DNA of 58,434 nt, counting the filler, from Sphacelaria rigidula (taxonomy: Eukaryota): NCBI GenBank assembly GCA_964200075.2. It is 5 parts of 5 records of this genome, joined end to end, with 100 filler letters (N's around TTAATTAATTAA, not from the genome) between each part and the next. Parts side by side here need not be neighbours in the genome. Positions count along the whole stretch, not along the records: positions 46,830 to 58,434 come from CAXNAA020004719.1; 4 more parts are not named here. One strand, written 5' to 3'. The position numbers and the translations under genes were made by a program. This document shows, in pieces, positions 47,310 to 58,434 of the stretch. Under the pieces are notes generated by a model. It saw only the letters and a program-made list of their open reading frames with translations, did not search any database and was not told where the DNA came from. The stretch's first letter is position 1; the number at the start of each line of letters is the position of its first letter.

Positions 47310-50300
47310 CTGTTTCGCAGGACGCGACGAACCACCAACCAACCAACCAGACAGCCAGAAATGCCATTATTCAGACAAGAAGATACAAATAAAAGGATGA
47401 GGAGAATTTATAGGGGAAGGGCGGAAGGGGGGAAGGGGGGAAGGGGAAGTACAAAAGGGGAAAAAATGTGACCATATACTACAGTTTTGGACATTTCGAT
47501 TTCGACATCAAAAAATATATTCGGAGCCACGATAATACACGACACGAGACGGAAAGCATGTCTCGTCGTGCGTTACAGAGTTTGGTTGGGAAAAAAAACA
47601 CTCACATCAAGACAACAAAGGGACACGAGAGAGACATAAAAACACGGAGAAGGAATAACATGAAAAAACATGGACGCAATAAAGCAGTAAAAAAAAAACA
47701 CACACGCACACCGGTTACCACAAACAATAGTAAAAAAAAAATACAAGAACGGAAAAACCAACCAAAGTAAAGAAGAAAAAAAAAATCAGTGCACGTTCTT
47801 TTGTAAGTTTCCTCGATGTCACGAGAACAGCAGGCGTAGAGGAGGTGGACATCCACTCCTTTCCACTCACCCTCATCATCGTCCTCCAGGTTCGCGAAGT
47901 CTTCCGTGAACTGTTCCATGACCTCTTGCTGTTCACAAACCAACAAACGTAGGGGTGGCAAAACACACACATCATCAACAACAACATCGAGCAGAAGAGG
48001 AGCCAAGAAAACGGTAGCGGCGCGGGTTTATTCGACTGTCATCAAAAACGCATCCTCGAAACATCGTCATGAGGTTGGAAGAGGCCTCTACCGCATCTCC
48101 TTCTCAGGACAGTAGATAGATAGTTTACGGAGATCTTAGATCTCCGATTTGATCGGTAGAAAATTACATAGCTGTGATCTGGCCGAGATTGCAGGTCTCA
48201 CCAGCAGATGAATACAGGCTGGCTCACGGAAAAAAAAAAAAACATTATCAGCAAATGCATTTTGCAATACGCACCCAATAGTCGCCTATATGGTATCATA
48301 CTGACCGCAATGAACAGACGCAGAGGGTGACATAGCCGAATTTTTGTTCAAGGCTATAGCGGTGGCGATATGGACAAAAATGTGTCTCGATCAATCGGCG
48401 CCTTCCAAACTGTTCCGAAATTGAAAATACGAGTTCCAAGCCCAATTTCCACCGAATCTCTACATGCTTCAAATCGTAGTGACCGTCATCACCTCAAGAA
48501 TCTAACGGAAGAAGCGGATTAGAAAACGGTTCCAACGGGGTCGAATTATCCCCGAAACCGTAATGTTTTAGTGATGTGGAGTTTGGCGCCGTCTAATTTG
48601 CACTCATGATACTCAGGAAGGACTCAGGGAGCCTCGTGACGATTTCCCTTTTATCTGTGGTAGATAAGCTCAGATCATCCTCAAACTTGGCAGTTCCGTA
48701 GGTATTGATGCTCCGAATGGAAACGTTGTGTTCTTGGCAAGAGTTCAAAGTTTCTCCGTTCCCTACCGGCTTCCGGGGGTCTCAGTACAAAGACCCCTGG
48801 AAGCCGGTACAGAATGACTCAAAAGAAAAATAATAACATTATGCGTCCCGGGATGGTCCAAGGAACACATTTACGAAATTTGGTGGAGAAACTCGGGAAT
48901 CTCATGAAAAAATTCCTGCCTTGACGTAAAATTCACCCTAACAGGTTTTTTAATTCTAAAACCAAGTAGTTGGAAGTTTGCACGTTTGAATCTCACATCC
49001 TCGCACAAAAGCGCAAATCTTCACGCATTTATTAGGAGTTAGACGCTGAAACTTTGCGCAAATGTGCTATGAATCATTACGCAAGTTTAAATCAACGAGG
49101 TTTCTTTAATTCTTGATTTTTTTACCGTTTTTCGGGGATCCGACGGGATCCAAGTCGTTTTTTCGAAGTCGTCCATTCTGGAACCCTTTTTTTATTTTCT
49201 TCGCTAACACTCGGTCGCCGCGAAACCCAAGGAAGAACCCCACAAAGTTTCGCTGCCAAACTCGATCAACTGGTGCTTGAATTTTCATGGTCACGTCAAC
49301 GAAGGCCCAAAAACGCCATTTTCACAGCAAAATCTAGTAGTTTGCTGTTTCACCGTGGCACGGCAAGGTTCACCGCACAAACGCGTAAACTTTAGGCCGT
49401 TTTGTGGAGTTAGACCCTGAAATTTCGCACAACTATGCTGTGGATCACTACGGAACTTTGAATGGGCGAGATTTTTTTCAAAACCGTTTTACGGGGTTTG
49501 ACTGGATCGAAGTTTCCCCGAAAAACTGGGACCCCGAAAAAATGGTGAAAAACGTCAGAAAGTAAAAATAAATAAACGACCTTGGAGAGTTGCGTAATGA
49601 CCCTTAGAACACTTGTGCAAATTTTCAGGGTCCAACTCCTGAGAACGGCGTGAAGTTTTGCCGATGCGTGTTTTTGTTTTTTTTCCGTAAACCAGCCTGT
49701 AAGGATAAACGCCCCCACCACCACCACAACCACCCCCAAGGCGGCAACGCCTCGTTGTGCACATAGTACATCAAATAGCCGCCTGGGATCCTCTACTGAT
49801 GACTTCGAGAGAGGGCAACGGAGATAAATCAAGTGAGAGAACGAAAGCTTCCCATCTTACTAAACGGTACGTTTCCTGCGCGCGAAATCAAGAGGAACAG
49901 ACGCAACTAACTCATCGGATGAACTAGACAAGCATTCAACCGGGCTGGGCGTGGTGAAGAGTGTTCGTTGAGCGTGTTGACTGGAACGGCGTCCTCATTT
50001 ATCACAAAATACCAGTCATTATTGAGCCCTAACCCCGTCATATACGCTCTACGCAGCCAAAGCGCCTATGAACCCACGCGTGGGGTGTGCAGAGTACCAC
50101 GTCATGGTATTGTGGGCAATTTCATCTTCCCTTCTCCACGCTGTCTATACGGACGTCGTTCGCGCAGTTTACTTTTTTTCGTAGGCCCTGCAGACAGGTA
50201 CGGGAACGTACATGATACTGCGGACCGTGCTATACAGGAGGTGAGGTTCAATGTGTGTGCTTTTCTTTTCTCGCTCCTTCCCTCCCTCCATCTCTCCCTA

Positions 50301-53300
50301 TCTCTGTAGATGTGTACTGTGTGTACACTTGTGTGCTTCCTCACCTCGACAGTGAGGTTGGGGTTGGTGTTGAACAGCTGAGCGCAGAAAGCGAGCAGCA
50401 GCTTCTTGTTAGCGTTGATTATATCCGCCGGCTGGATGAATGTCTCCACCCCAATAGCCTGCATGCGCACAGTGACCGATAACCGTCAACCATCAACGAC
50501 CAACAGTCAACCTCCCAACAACAGCGACATCAGAGGACGCAAAAGCCTACATCTCGGCAAAAATGAAGACACAAGATATCATGGCAGCAGGGACCCCAAA
50601 TACGATAGTGCCACCTTGCGTGCACGACAAATCAGCGACAGAATGGGGGAAGAGAAAGAAAACAACCGGAAAAAAATTGGACCCAAAATCCTCCCGGTGG
50701 ACGACAGCCCGAGCTTCCAAGGCGTAATGTCTTTGCCGCGACTTCAATTGTACCGTCTGCATAGACCTCATAATACGCTGTGTTGCACCATACTATCGTC
50801 ATTCTTCACGCGTGTTCTCCAAAAAAATCCCAGCGGAGTAACCGGCATGCTTGACGCAAACAGCTGCAACGCTGAGGGCACGCACGTACAGTTAGTTGTC
50901 GACGTGTCGCACCCCAGAGGTGGGTTTCCAACTAGGTTAACATACGGTAGAGCAACGAGTCAGTCTCTCGAGCACTATGCCATATCCGCGTACCGTCCTC
51001 AAGTCAATAAATACCACGGGTTCTCCGAGGTACTAAAGTCCTGCAAATACGTTGAAAACCAGGGTGTATATAAACAAAAGGTACCCTGGGTATACGGTAC
51101 CCCAATCTATACTTGTACCACCTGACAACATCTGCATCTCACACGAACAACAGGCAGGCACAATTTGTGAAGCGAACACGATCGAAACACATCGGGAGTC
51201 GACAAGCAGCACGGGCGCGTTCTCGACGGAACGTAATTAATAATTCATGAATCACATGACACAGACATAGACATGATACACACATACGCACACACATGTG
51301 ACAATTACGCCCTGAGATAGATGGCAGGCAGCTGATTCGCACTCACCAAATACAGTACAGCGCGCGAATCCCACAAAATACTTATTTTCAAAATTTGCAA
51401 ATGATCCTTCGGGTCCCACACGACTAAAACGGTGCGGCCCAGCACTTTCAGAAAATCACAAGCGCGGGGGAGAGTCACAGAGCAAAACATGCAAATGCCA
51501 GCTTGCATGGTCACAGTTTTTAGCGCATCCCGATAAAATCCCCGTTTCGTACCGTTCATCTGGCCACAGCTAACCTTAGTGGTGCAAGGTCAAACCCCCC
51601 TCGACAGCAATGCCCCTTCCTCCTCGGCATAGACTAAAACTCGTCCGCATTTTTTCCACCTTGAATGTGACACGTCAAGAGTTGAGAAGACCGGACGACG
51701 ACCGCCCCGCCCCGCTTCTGCCGATACCCTCAGACCTCAAAAACACCCCAGTACGGTATACATCCAAAAAGTATAATCAGCGTCCCAAAACAAGAGCCGT
51801 ACCGACAAACATCAGCGTCCCATAACACACCAAACACCACACACATTCACTGCAACCCCCATAATTTGGGCACCACGCACTGTTCCGGGGAGAGAGGGAG
51901 GACGGGATCATCATAGCATAACACAACGCACCCACAGGCACACGGGCGCGCGCACGTACCTTGGCGTTGCGGATGATATGCCTCGCGCGGGCGTCCGAGC
52001 CGGGCGGTTCGTTGCATAGGTCGCACACGCTGGGGTCGAGCTGCCTGAGCAACAGCGACAGGGCCTCACCGTTTCGGAGATCGGACCCAAAGTTGTTCAC
52101 CCGGACTGACGAGCCCGACTACTTCCACGACAGCAAAATGTTTCGTTTTTGTTCGTTTCATGGTCGTCCGTGTTGACGAGGCAATATCCCGACGCGGAAG
52201 GAGAAGAGGTCATTGTGTGTGTGTGTGTGTTTCCACGTGGCGTGTGTCATTCATCATTTTTCCAGGCAGGATCAGCAGGATCAGAGAAAAAGCAGGCAAC
52301 AGTACGCATGCGCAGCCGGGACGCAGGACACAAGAAACGGAACGGTGAACGAGGAGCGGGGGAGGGAGGGACGGGCGGAACATAAAAATAAGTAGGGGAA
52401 GCTGAACAACGGGTGTATGCCAAATAAATCATCAATTCTGGACGGAGGGAATCAGTCTCGTCGCAAACTTCGTCACATCGCACTGCACATGGTTGAGAGG
52501 CAAGCACGCACACCTTGCATCAAATTCGCGGGGTTGGACGCCGTGGGTCATAACGGCTGAAATTTGGGTATTTACAAAAGTACAGCAGAGGCATTTTATC
52601 GACAAGCGCCCTTCCCAGCCACACCGGATTGTTCGGAACAAGGCCCGATACCCTACCTGGGCCATACCGCGGTGTTCGGTACACATTTCGGTATGGTTTA
52701 TTACGCCAAACCAAAAATTCCCCACTTCCGAGTACTGTCTACCCTACACAACACAACCTAGCAAATTTGTTTGTGCATGTGCACGTGCTTATGTATGTGT
52801 CCCGCTCATGCGACACCCCGACCATGCCTACGTCTTGTTGCCCCCAGAGCAAAGGGCTCATACGACACGTGTGTATGCCCCTTCCAAGATAAGAGCTCTG
52901 CGCGCTGCCTAATGCCCATGAAAGCATGTGGAAGCACCGGAAATAGTGTTGGCTGATGGTGGGCGTCAAGCGGCAAGCGTGGACGACGCCGACAGCGGCG
53001 GCCGTGATAAATCACGGCCCAGCATCTCTCCCGTAGGTCGTTGTATCATCCAAGACGAGGGGGAGGTGTGACGGGTTACACTACTACAACTACTCCAATT
53101 TCATTCGGCGGTCCTCCACGACTTTTGAGCCGGCCGAAGAGTGAACGGGCGAACGAACGTGTACCCCGACGAACCATGCTTGACAGTATAACGACGGATA
53201 ATTGATGCCTACACTACAAGACGCACAAAAGGAACGCAACAGCCACAAGTCTGTGTTTGTCTTGTTTATTATCTCCGGTCTGCGCGATATTCTTACATGA

Positions 53301-56300
53301 ATACTGCATTTGTGCATGTAGTGGCTCATGTCTTCACCTTCTCGAGGTGGTAGTTGAACCAACGCAGAAGGATGGCTTCTGGTTGGAGAGAGAGCAATCC
53401 GTCTAGCTCCTCGCCTTCCTCCAACAGGCAAACCAGTTCTGGGCACGACGTTAGACTGATGCCGGTTCAGGTTTCGAATTGTTTTTCAGCACCCGCCATC
53501 GCAGTCCCGTGTCATTGAGGGTAGTGGTCGGAACGAGAAAGAATAACACGACAAAAACAACAAGGAACAAAACCAACACACGACAGACACAGCCACGCGG
53601 AGGGGTGGGGGAGGGGGGCTGATTCAACAACAAGAAAAAAAACAGGGAACAAGTAAATCAGTCTGTCTTGCGATGAACATGCGAAGCTCCACCAGCGGGG
53701 GATAAATCTCAACAAAACAGACACGCGAAGAGATCCTGCCGTATAACTTCCCTCTCCGGTTGGCACAAGAAGTTGGGACTTACCCAGCAAAGCCCAACAG
53801 TAGCGGTTCAACCACACGGCTGTCTGTGGAATACCTGACCCGCTGCAACACGGTTCCGCGTCATCCCCGCCTTCTCTCTCCCTCGACTCTTTTTCCGCGC
53901 CCTCCACAGAACACCCCATTATTAAATACTGGACTTGGGTGCCTTGTCAAGGCCACGCTACGGGCTTAAAATCGAAAGTTGCTGATCTCTGACCCCATAC
54001 CGCATCAACTCCGCCCTTTCACCCCCCTGCCCCCCTCTCCACCCCCCGCGCACTCGTACACGTACCTGATGGAAGACAGCAGCTGTATCCTAATGATCTG
54101 CCAGATCAGCCCGAGGATAAGGATGGAGTTACCATCGATTATGTCCTTGGCGTTAACGTTGGTTACCACGCACCCGATCGACTTGGCCGCGTTAAGCGCC
54201 AGGTTCATATTCTCGATCTTCTGGAAGATGGACAAGTTCGGCTTCTTCGCGGACGCCACGTTCAGCGCGCGAGTGTCGATGGTGTCGAACTCGGCGAGGT
54301 TTATGAGCTTGCACAAGATCAGGCCGTCCGACGTCTCCGTGAACAGGGCCTCCGACTGAGGGTCCATCGGTAGACGCGGCCCAACTACCTGAGAGGGTTA
54401 GCCGAGACAGAGAGAGACGAGAGAGAGACGAGAGAGAGACATCGGAGCAACAACGACGGAGACACCCGGTGGAAGACGCAGAGTAACAACGGAGTGAAGT
54501 CGGCGGCGGCGGTTGGGGGCGCTTGAGGGTACTCCTGCTGCAGGCCTTACGTGTAAGACACGTGATGGCCTTGACGGCAGGGGCGCGGGAAAACGATAAT
54601 GGTAGAACTGATGAAAAAGCAGGCAGGCAGGCAAGGAGATGAAGAGGGGGCCGAAAAAAAGATAAATAGTAAACAACGACCTACTCCACGGGACGAGTAA
54701 ATATATCTCAGAGCTTCATCTACCCCCCCTCTCCGCTAGCCCCGGGCCTGCTGTCGTCTAGAGCAGAGGCGACAGCTGATCAAAAGCTATCACACTTGCT
54801 ATAATATAGAGAGGCCACCACTCAACCATTGTACTCGTGGACAGTACCTCAAGCAAAGGCCTTTCTCAGCGCACAGAAGCTGTCTTATAATGAACAAGGG
54901 CCTCCACGAATTTGCATAATACCCCGCCAACCGCCGTGCGAATCAACAGCTCTGCCGGCACCATACTACATGGTCCTGCTCCTCGTGTCCTCCAACGAAA
55001 GTCCCCTCACACCCCTGTCTCCATGTTCTCACCGCGTCAGCTGCCAAACTGTTGTTGATGTGCTCCGTGAAAGCCATCCTTTCGTCGTCCGAGTAAGAGT
55101 GGTATGCCATACCGCTGGAGTACTGTCAAAAGCACCGCACCGTCCCCCGCCCCCGCCGCCGCATCGCACCGCCACAGCACCGCCACATGATCGACATCAT
55201 CGTAGAAACGAACATCCCACAACAAGACGTACAGCGACGAGTGAGGTTAGTTACTCGATGCGAGGAAGGATGCAATCGGAAACACGGACCCGGCGCGCGA
55301 TGGTACCATTATGGTGAAGCAATGGGAGCGGTAGGCGAGCCGAAGAATCCAGAAATCAAAGGGGGGAAGGGGGGAAGGGGGGGGAATGGATATCTGCATT
55401 TTCTTGTTGGAGGAACAGCAAACATAAAGAGAGAATATAGAATGCCATCGAACGAGGCCTTCTGACGCTTGGGTTGTGGGTTCAAACCTCGGAGCGACCC
55501 GAGACTTTTTCTTACGCAATGTCCACCGGTCAGTGGAGAGCGACCATGTCGTGGGTACACAAAATTCGACTTGGTGGTCGACGAGGGAAAGGGACCGCTG
55601 GTTCCCTTTCGCGATAATAAACAAAGGCAAGCACCGCAGGAGGAAGGTGGAAAACTACAAAAAAAAATACTGCGTTGGCCATCCTCCTGTGTGATCCCAG
55701 CTGGTGCGGTCACATATACCGAAAGGTGTACACCGGCGACCAGAACAGATGGGATGACAACACACATAACACACACAACACACAAATTGACCGGAACAAC
55801 CAGGCGTGCACAAACTCAACACGAAACGTCGATCCGTTTAGTGCCGCAACTTATACCGTGCATTAGAGGGCAACAAAGGAGAGCCCAGACGGCCGTCCCG
55901 CCTTCTCCCGTCGACACTCTTGACAGCCATCGTGAACAAACGCCCCGACTTTTATCACAACACCCGCATTCGATCCCGTCTCACTCTCACTCTTCGTACG
56001 ATAAGAATGCATATACAGATATGTTTACACACACCACATGAAAATATATGCTCCAAAGCACTCACGGTGCAGTACGCGAAAGAATATCAAACACTCGGAA
56101 TTTTGACACTCTTGACCCCGCGCCTTCGACCCAGCACCCCCGCCTCCACGACATTCGCACACAAACACACCTGCGCTGGGGCCTTGCGAATCTTGCGAAC
56201 GAACACCGACGAAGCGGAGCTAGGATCCTTCTTGAGGCGGTGCATGAGAGAGACCAACTCGGCGAATGAAATCACTCCATTGCTGTCGGCATCTGCTTCT

Positions 56301-56311
56301 CTCATGGATTC
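47191..56311 (-). CDS. FIM: Fimbrin/plastin (EF-hand, CH1, CH2 and start of CH3), partial, 8 exons
   Basis: Exons 56311-56171, 55122-55033, 54388-54066, 53455-53338, 52118-51960, 50458-50345, 47928-47871 and 47309-47191 splice in frame (374 codons). Hallmark motifs: DADSNGVISFAEL, HSYSDDERMAFTEHIN, DGLILCKLIN, ENMNLALNAAKSIGC, LILGLIWQII, PEAILLRWFNYHL, VNNFGSDL, LAFCAQLFN, REEKVFRMWINSLG. Confidence 0.96.
47871..47928 (-). CDS. FIM: Fimbrin exon, acidic linker (QEVMEQFTEDFANLEDDDE)
   Basis: 58 nt, AG/GT boundaries; supplies the phase needed by the next exon. Confidence 0.85.
48215..49699. mobile_element. Non-autonomous Tc1/mariner-like element, ~1.49 kb (fimbrin intron)
   Basis: TA|CAGGCTGGCTCACGG ... 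CCGTAAACCAGCCTG|TA; colinear with 30893-32315. Confidence 0.85.
50345..50458 (-). CDS. FIM: Fimbrin exon, end of CH2
   Basis: AIGVETFIQPADIINANKKLLLAFCAQLFNTNPNLTVE; AG/GT boundaries. Confidence 0.93.
51960..52118 (-). CDS. FIM: Fimbrin exon, CH2
   Basis: SGSSVRVNNFGSDLRNGEALSLLLRQLDP...; AG/GT boundaries. Confidence 0.92.
53338..53455 (-). CDS. FIM: Fimbrin exon, CH1-CH2 junction (absent from the ORF track)
   Basis: LTSCPELVCLLEEGEELDGLLSLQPEAILLRWFNYHLEK; AG/GT boundaries. Confidence 0.93.
54066..54388 (-). CDS. FIM: Fimbrin exon, CH1
   Basis: VVGPRLPMDP...DGLILCKLIN...LILGLIWQIIRIQLL; AG/GT boundaries. Confidence 0.96.
55033..55122 (-). CDS. FIM: Fimbrin exon, start of CH1 (absent from the ORF track)
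   Basis: YSSGMAYHSYSDDERMAFTEHINNSLAADA; AG/GT boundaries. Confidence 0.92.
55455..55630 (+). mobile_element. SINE-like repeat with a B-box-like motif
   Basis: GTGGGTTCAAACCTCGG followed by a body homologous to the reverse complement of 7185-7275. Confidence 0.5.
56171..56311 (-). CDS. FIM: Fimbrin exon, EF-hand
   Basis: ESMREADADSNGVISFAELVSLMHRLKK...; canonical DxDxNGxIxxxE loop; AG/GT boundaries. Confidence 0.92.
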
Positions 56312-56901
56312 CTGAAGAAAACATAACCCATATGGAGCATGGGTAGGACACACAAAAAAATCAAGACGAGAAAAAAAACACAAAAACACGCGCGTAATAT
56401 CACAGGCAGAGGCAGACAGACAGACGACTGTCACGTGAGCGTTAACAATTCCCGTACCCCCGCCAGATTGATAGACAAATACAGCGGGAGAAGAACCTGC
56501 CTGCGCTTTTCGTTTAGGGGCGCGCTCCAGTTGGAAACATGACGGAACGGCATCGTTGCCCGTATATCTTGACTCCAGTACGCGCACACTTTTTGCTTCC
56601 TTGCCGTATCCTCGATCATCAATTTCACGAAAATCGGGTACCACGACTGCGCTTCCCATCATACATAGCACTGACTCTTCTATGTAGGACTGGGAAACAT
56701 ACGACACATGACAGTCATGCCGCGCGATATGCACGCGTGGCGGAGACGGAACTAGGGGAGGATGTACTCATAATATCGCATGCCGTAGTCATCTGACCAT
56801 TCACCTCGCATCCTTACAAAGCCAGGATGGGGCACGCCGGGTTTTCGCCGGACCAGGTTCGCAATCAAACTAGGAGGGGACGGCGGGAGGGTACGCTACA
56901 A

Positions 56902-57991
56902 ACGAGCTGGGCCGGCCAAGACGCGAGTTTGCGGTTTGCAGATTCCGTCTCATCTCAATTTTGCGGGTCGGACATTGAAATCTGGTAAGGAGGAAGAGTA
57001 GGGTTTGCTAAAATGCTGTCGATCGGTACAGATTTTTTCCTTCACCGTAAGTTGATGGTAATAATCAGTGCCTGGATATCAGAAAAATACCGTCAACTCA
57101 CGGCAAAAAAAAAACTCTTCGCGTCCCGATCGACAGCTTTTCAGCATGCCCTATTCTTCCACTAAAGTTCAACTTGCAAAATTGAGGTGAGACGGGGCGA
57201 TTTAGAAACTGAGCCGGGCGAAATTCGGGAGGATATTTTCCAGCCCATTCATCGGCCAAGTTTTGTAGTTGTGTTTTGAATCTTCGTGTCGGACCTCGCT
57301 AGGCCATAACGAATCGAAAAAAGTGGGAAATTATGTTTTTCATTATTTTTTTCGGCATGCCTCTGCGGTTCTCTATAATGAGCTTCAAATCTCGATTAAA
57401 AAAATTGAGCCAAAAAAACTGAGATGAGGTCCGAGAGCATAGTCCAGCTGTCCTCACGACGTAAAACTCCTCCTCCCCAAAACAACAGATAAGAAAAAAT
57501 CCGAAAAACGCTGAGTTTTTTTTCATTATGCACCAGCGATTCTCCATATGAAATTTCAAAGGCACAACTCTCAAAAACTGAGACGCAATATCCATATTTA
57601 GTGCCTTTAGGCCCTCTGCTACCATAAATTGATTTTAGTATGGAACCTCATGTGCGCCATATCTCGACATAGATGACGAATTAGGCGAAAGAGAGGGTAT
57701 CGATCGTCTGCCCGTGCTCCACGGAATGTCCACACCAAAAATCGTCATCATCCGCTGTGTGTATCGTTCAGGGTTTCATACATACAGGCTTTAGCATGGA
57801 CGCCATATCCGTATGGTGTAGGAATTACTAGACATGGGATTAAAAAAAAAATGGCCCAGACTTTTGAGCAGATGGTCACCTTCCCCTTGATTAGACGATT
57901 AATACGATACACGGATTACGGCCCAACTCGTCTGTGTCGACGAGGTATTGCTTCAAGAGCTCAAATCCGCGTCTAGGCCGGCCCAGCTCGT
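56902..57991. mobile_element. ~1.09-kb non-autonomous TIR element with an internal ~250-bp hairpin
   Basis: Left ACGAGCTGGGCCGGCCAAGACGCGAGTTTG versus right (reverse complement) ACGAGCTGGGCCGGCCTAGACGCGGATTTG. No clear TSD. Confidence 0.7.
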
Positions 57992-58373
57992 AGTTAAACT
58001 CCGTCGCGTCCGTCATTCCATTTTCTATGACACGGGGTGCGTGTTCATTTTTCCCCTCCATTTTTTTCGATTGAATTTGGAATTCGGTACGTGCATATGT
58101 ACGGCAGTGTACTGTATCGCCGGCGCACCCCCAGATATTGCAGTCAATCTGAACTGACGTGAAAACCTAAGAAGCCACTTTCTCCCTGAAACCACATCCG
58201 GACGTGCCATCGTCCGGTATACGGGGCATTCACACCACAGCAACTTTTCCACAAACTGAAGATAAAATAAAAACGACGCATGGACTGCGCACGCGCCGGA
58301 CGAATCCCAGGCAACAAATCAGAAATCTTGGAAGAATTCACCATCGAGGAATACGCCAACCCCTTCGTGCGAT

Positions 58374-58405
<32 letters not shown>

Positions 58406-58434
58406 GTCGTCCCATTTATTTTGGGCGCCAGTCT

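Noticed and set aside
24604..56311. ALIX + HID1-like + fimbrin as a membrane-trafficking gene cluster
   Set aside because: The three genes lie on different concatenated scaffolds, so their adjacency is artificial.
56590..56640. FREIDDRGYG as the first fimbrin EF-hand exon
   Set aside because: The loop consensus is incomplete and there are no convincing splice sites. The 5' exons were not located.
58280..58374. Short plus-strand ATG-initiated frame ending at a GT repeat
   Set aside because: It is ~32 codons with no homology, and the apparent donor is the start of a microsatellite.

Overview
Eukaryotic genomic DNA of about 50% GC with short exons, 1-2 kb introns and dense MITE/SINE/LTR debris. 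The architecture is typical of a brown alga or related stramenopile (inference). The window is not one locus. It is five unrelated sequences of 11608, 11607, 11607, 11607 and at least 11605 bp joined by identical 100-nt spacers (N44-TTAATTAATTAA-N44), so it looks like size-sorted concatenated scaffolds. Segment 1 (1-11608) holds repeat remnants, a cluster of piggyBac-like ~100-bp MITEs and no identifiable gene. Segment 2 (11709-23315) holds an LTR/PPT remnant followed by a >10-kb array of a 63-bp satellite with higher-order structure. Segment 3 (23416-35022) holds 8 phase-consistent minus-strand exons of an ALIX/BRO1-family gene. Segment 4 (35123-46729) holds the 3' seven plus-strand exons of a probable HID1/Dymeclin-like gene. 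Segment 5 (46830-58434) holds 8 minus-strand exons of fimbrin/plastin, one with a GC donor. I cannot establish a new biological system from sequence alone. The best candidates for a second look are the 63-bp higher-order satellite beside an LTR, the nested foldback/MITE in an ALIX intron and the HID1-like protein with an unusual C-terminal extension. All calls were made by eye; no database searches were run.
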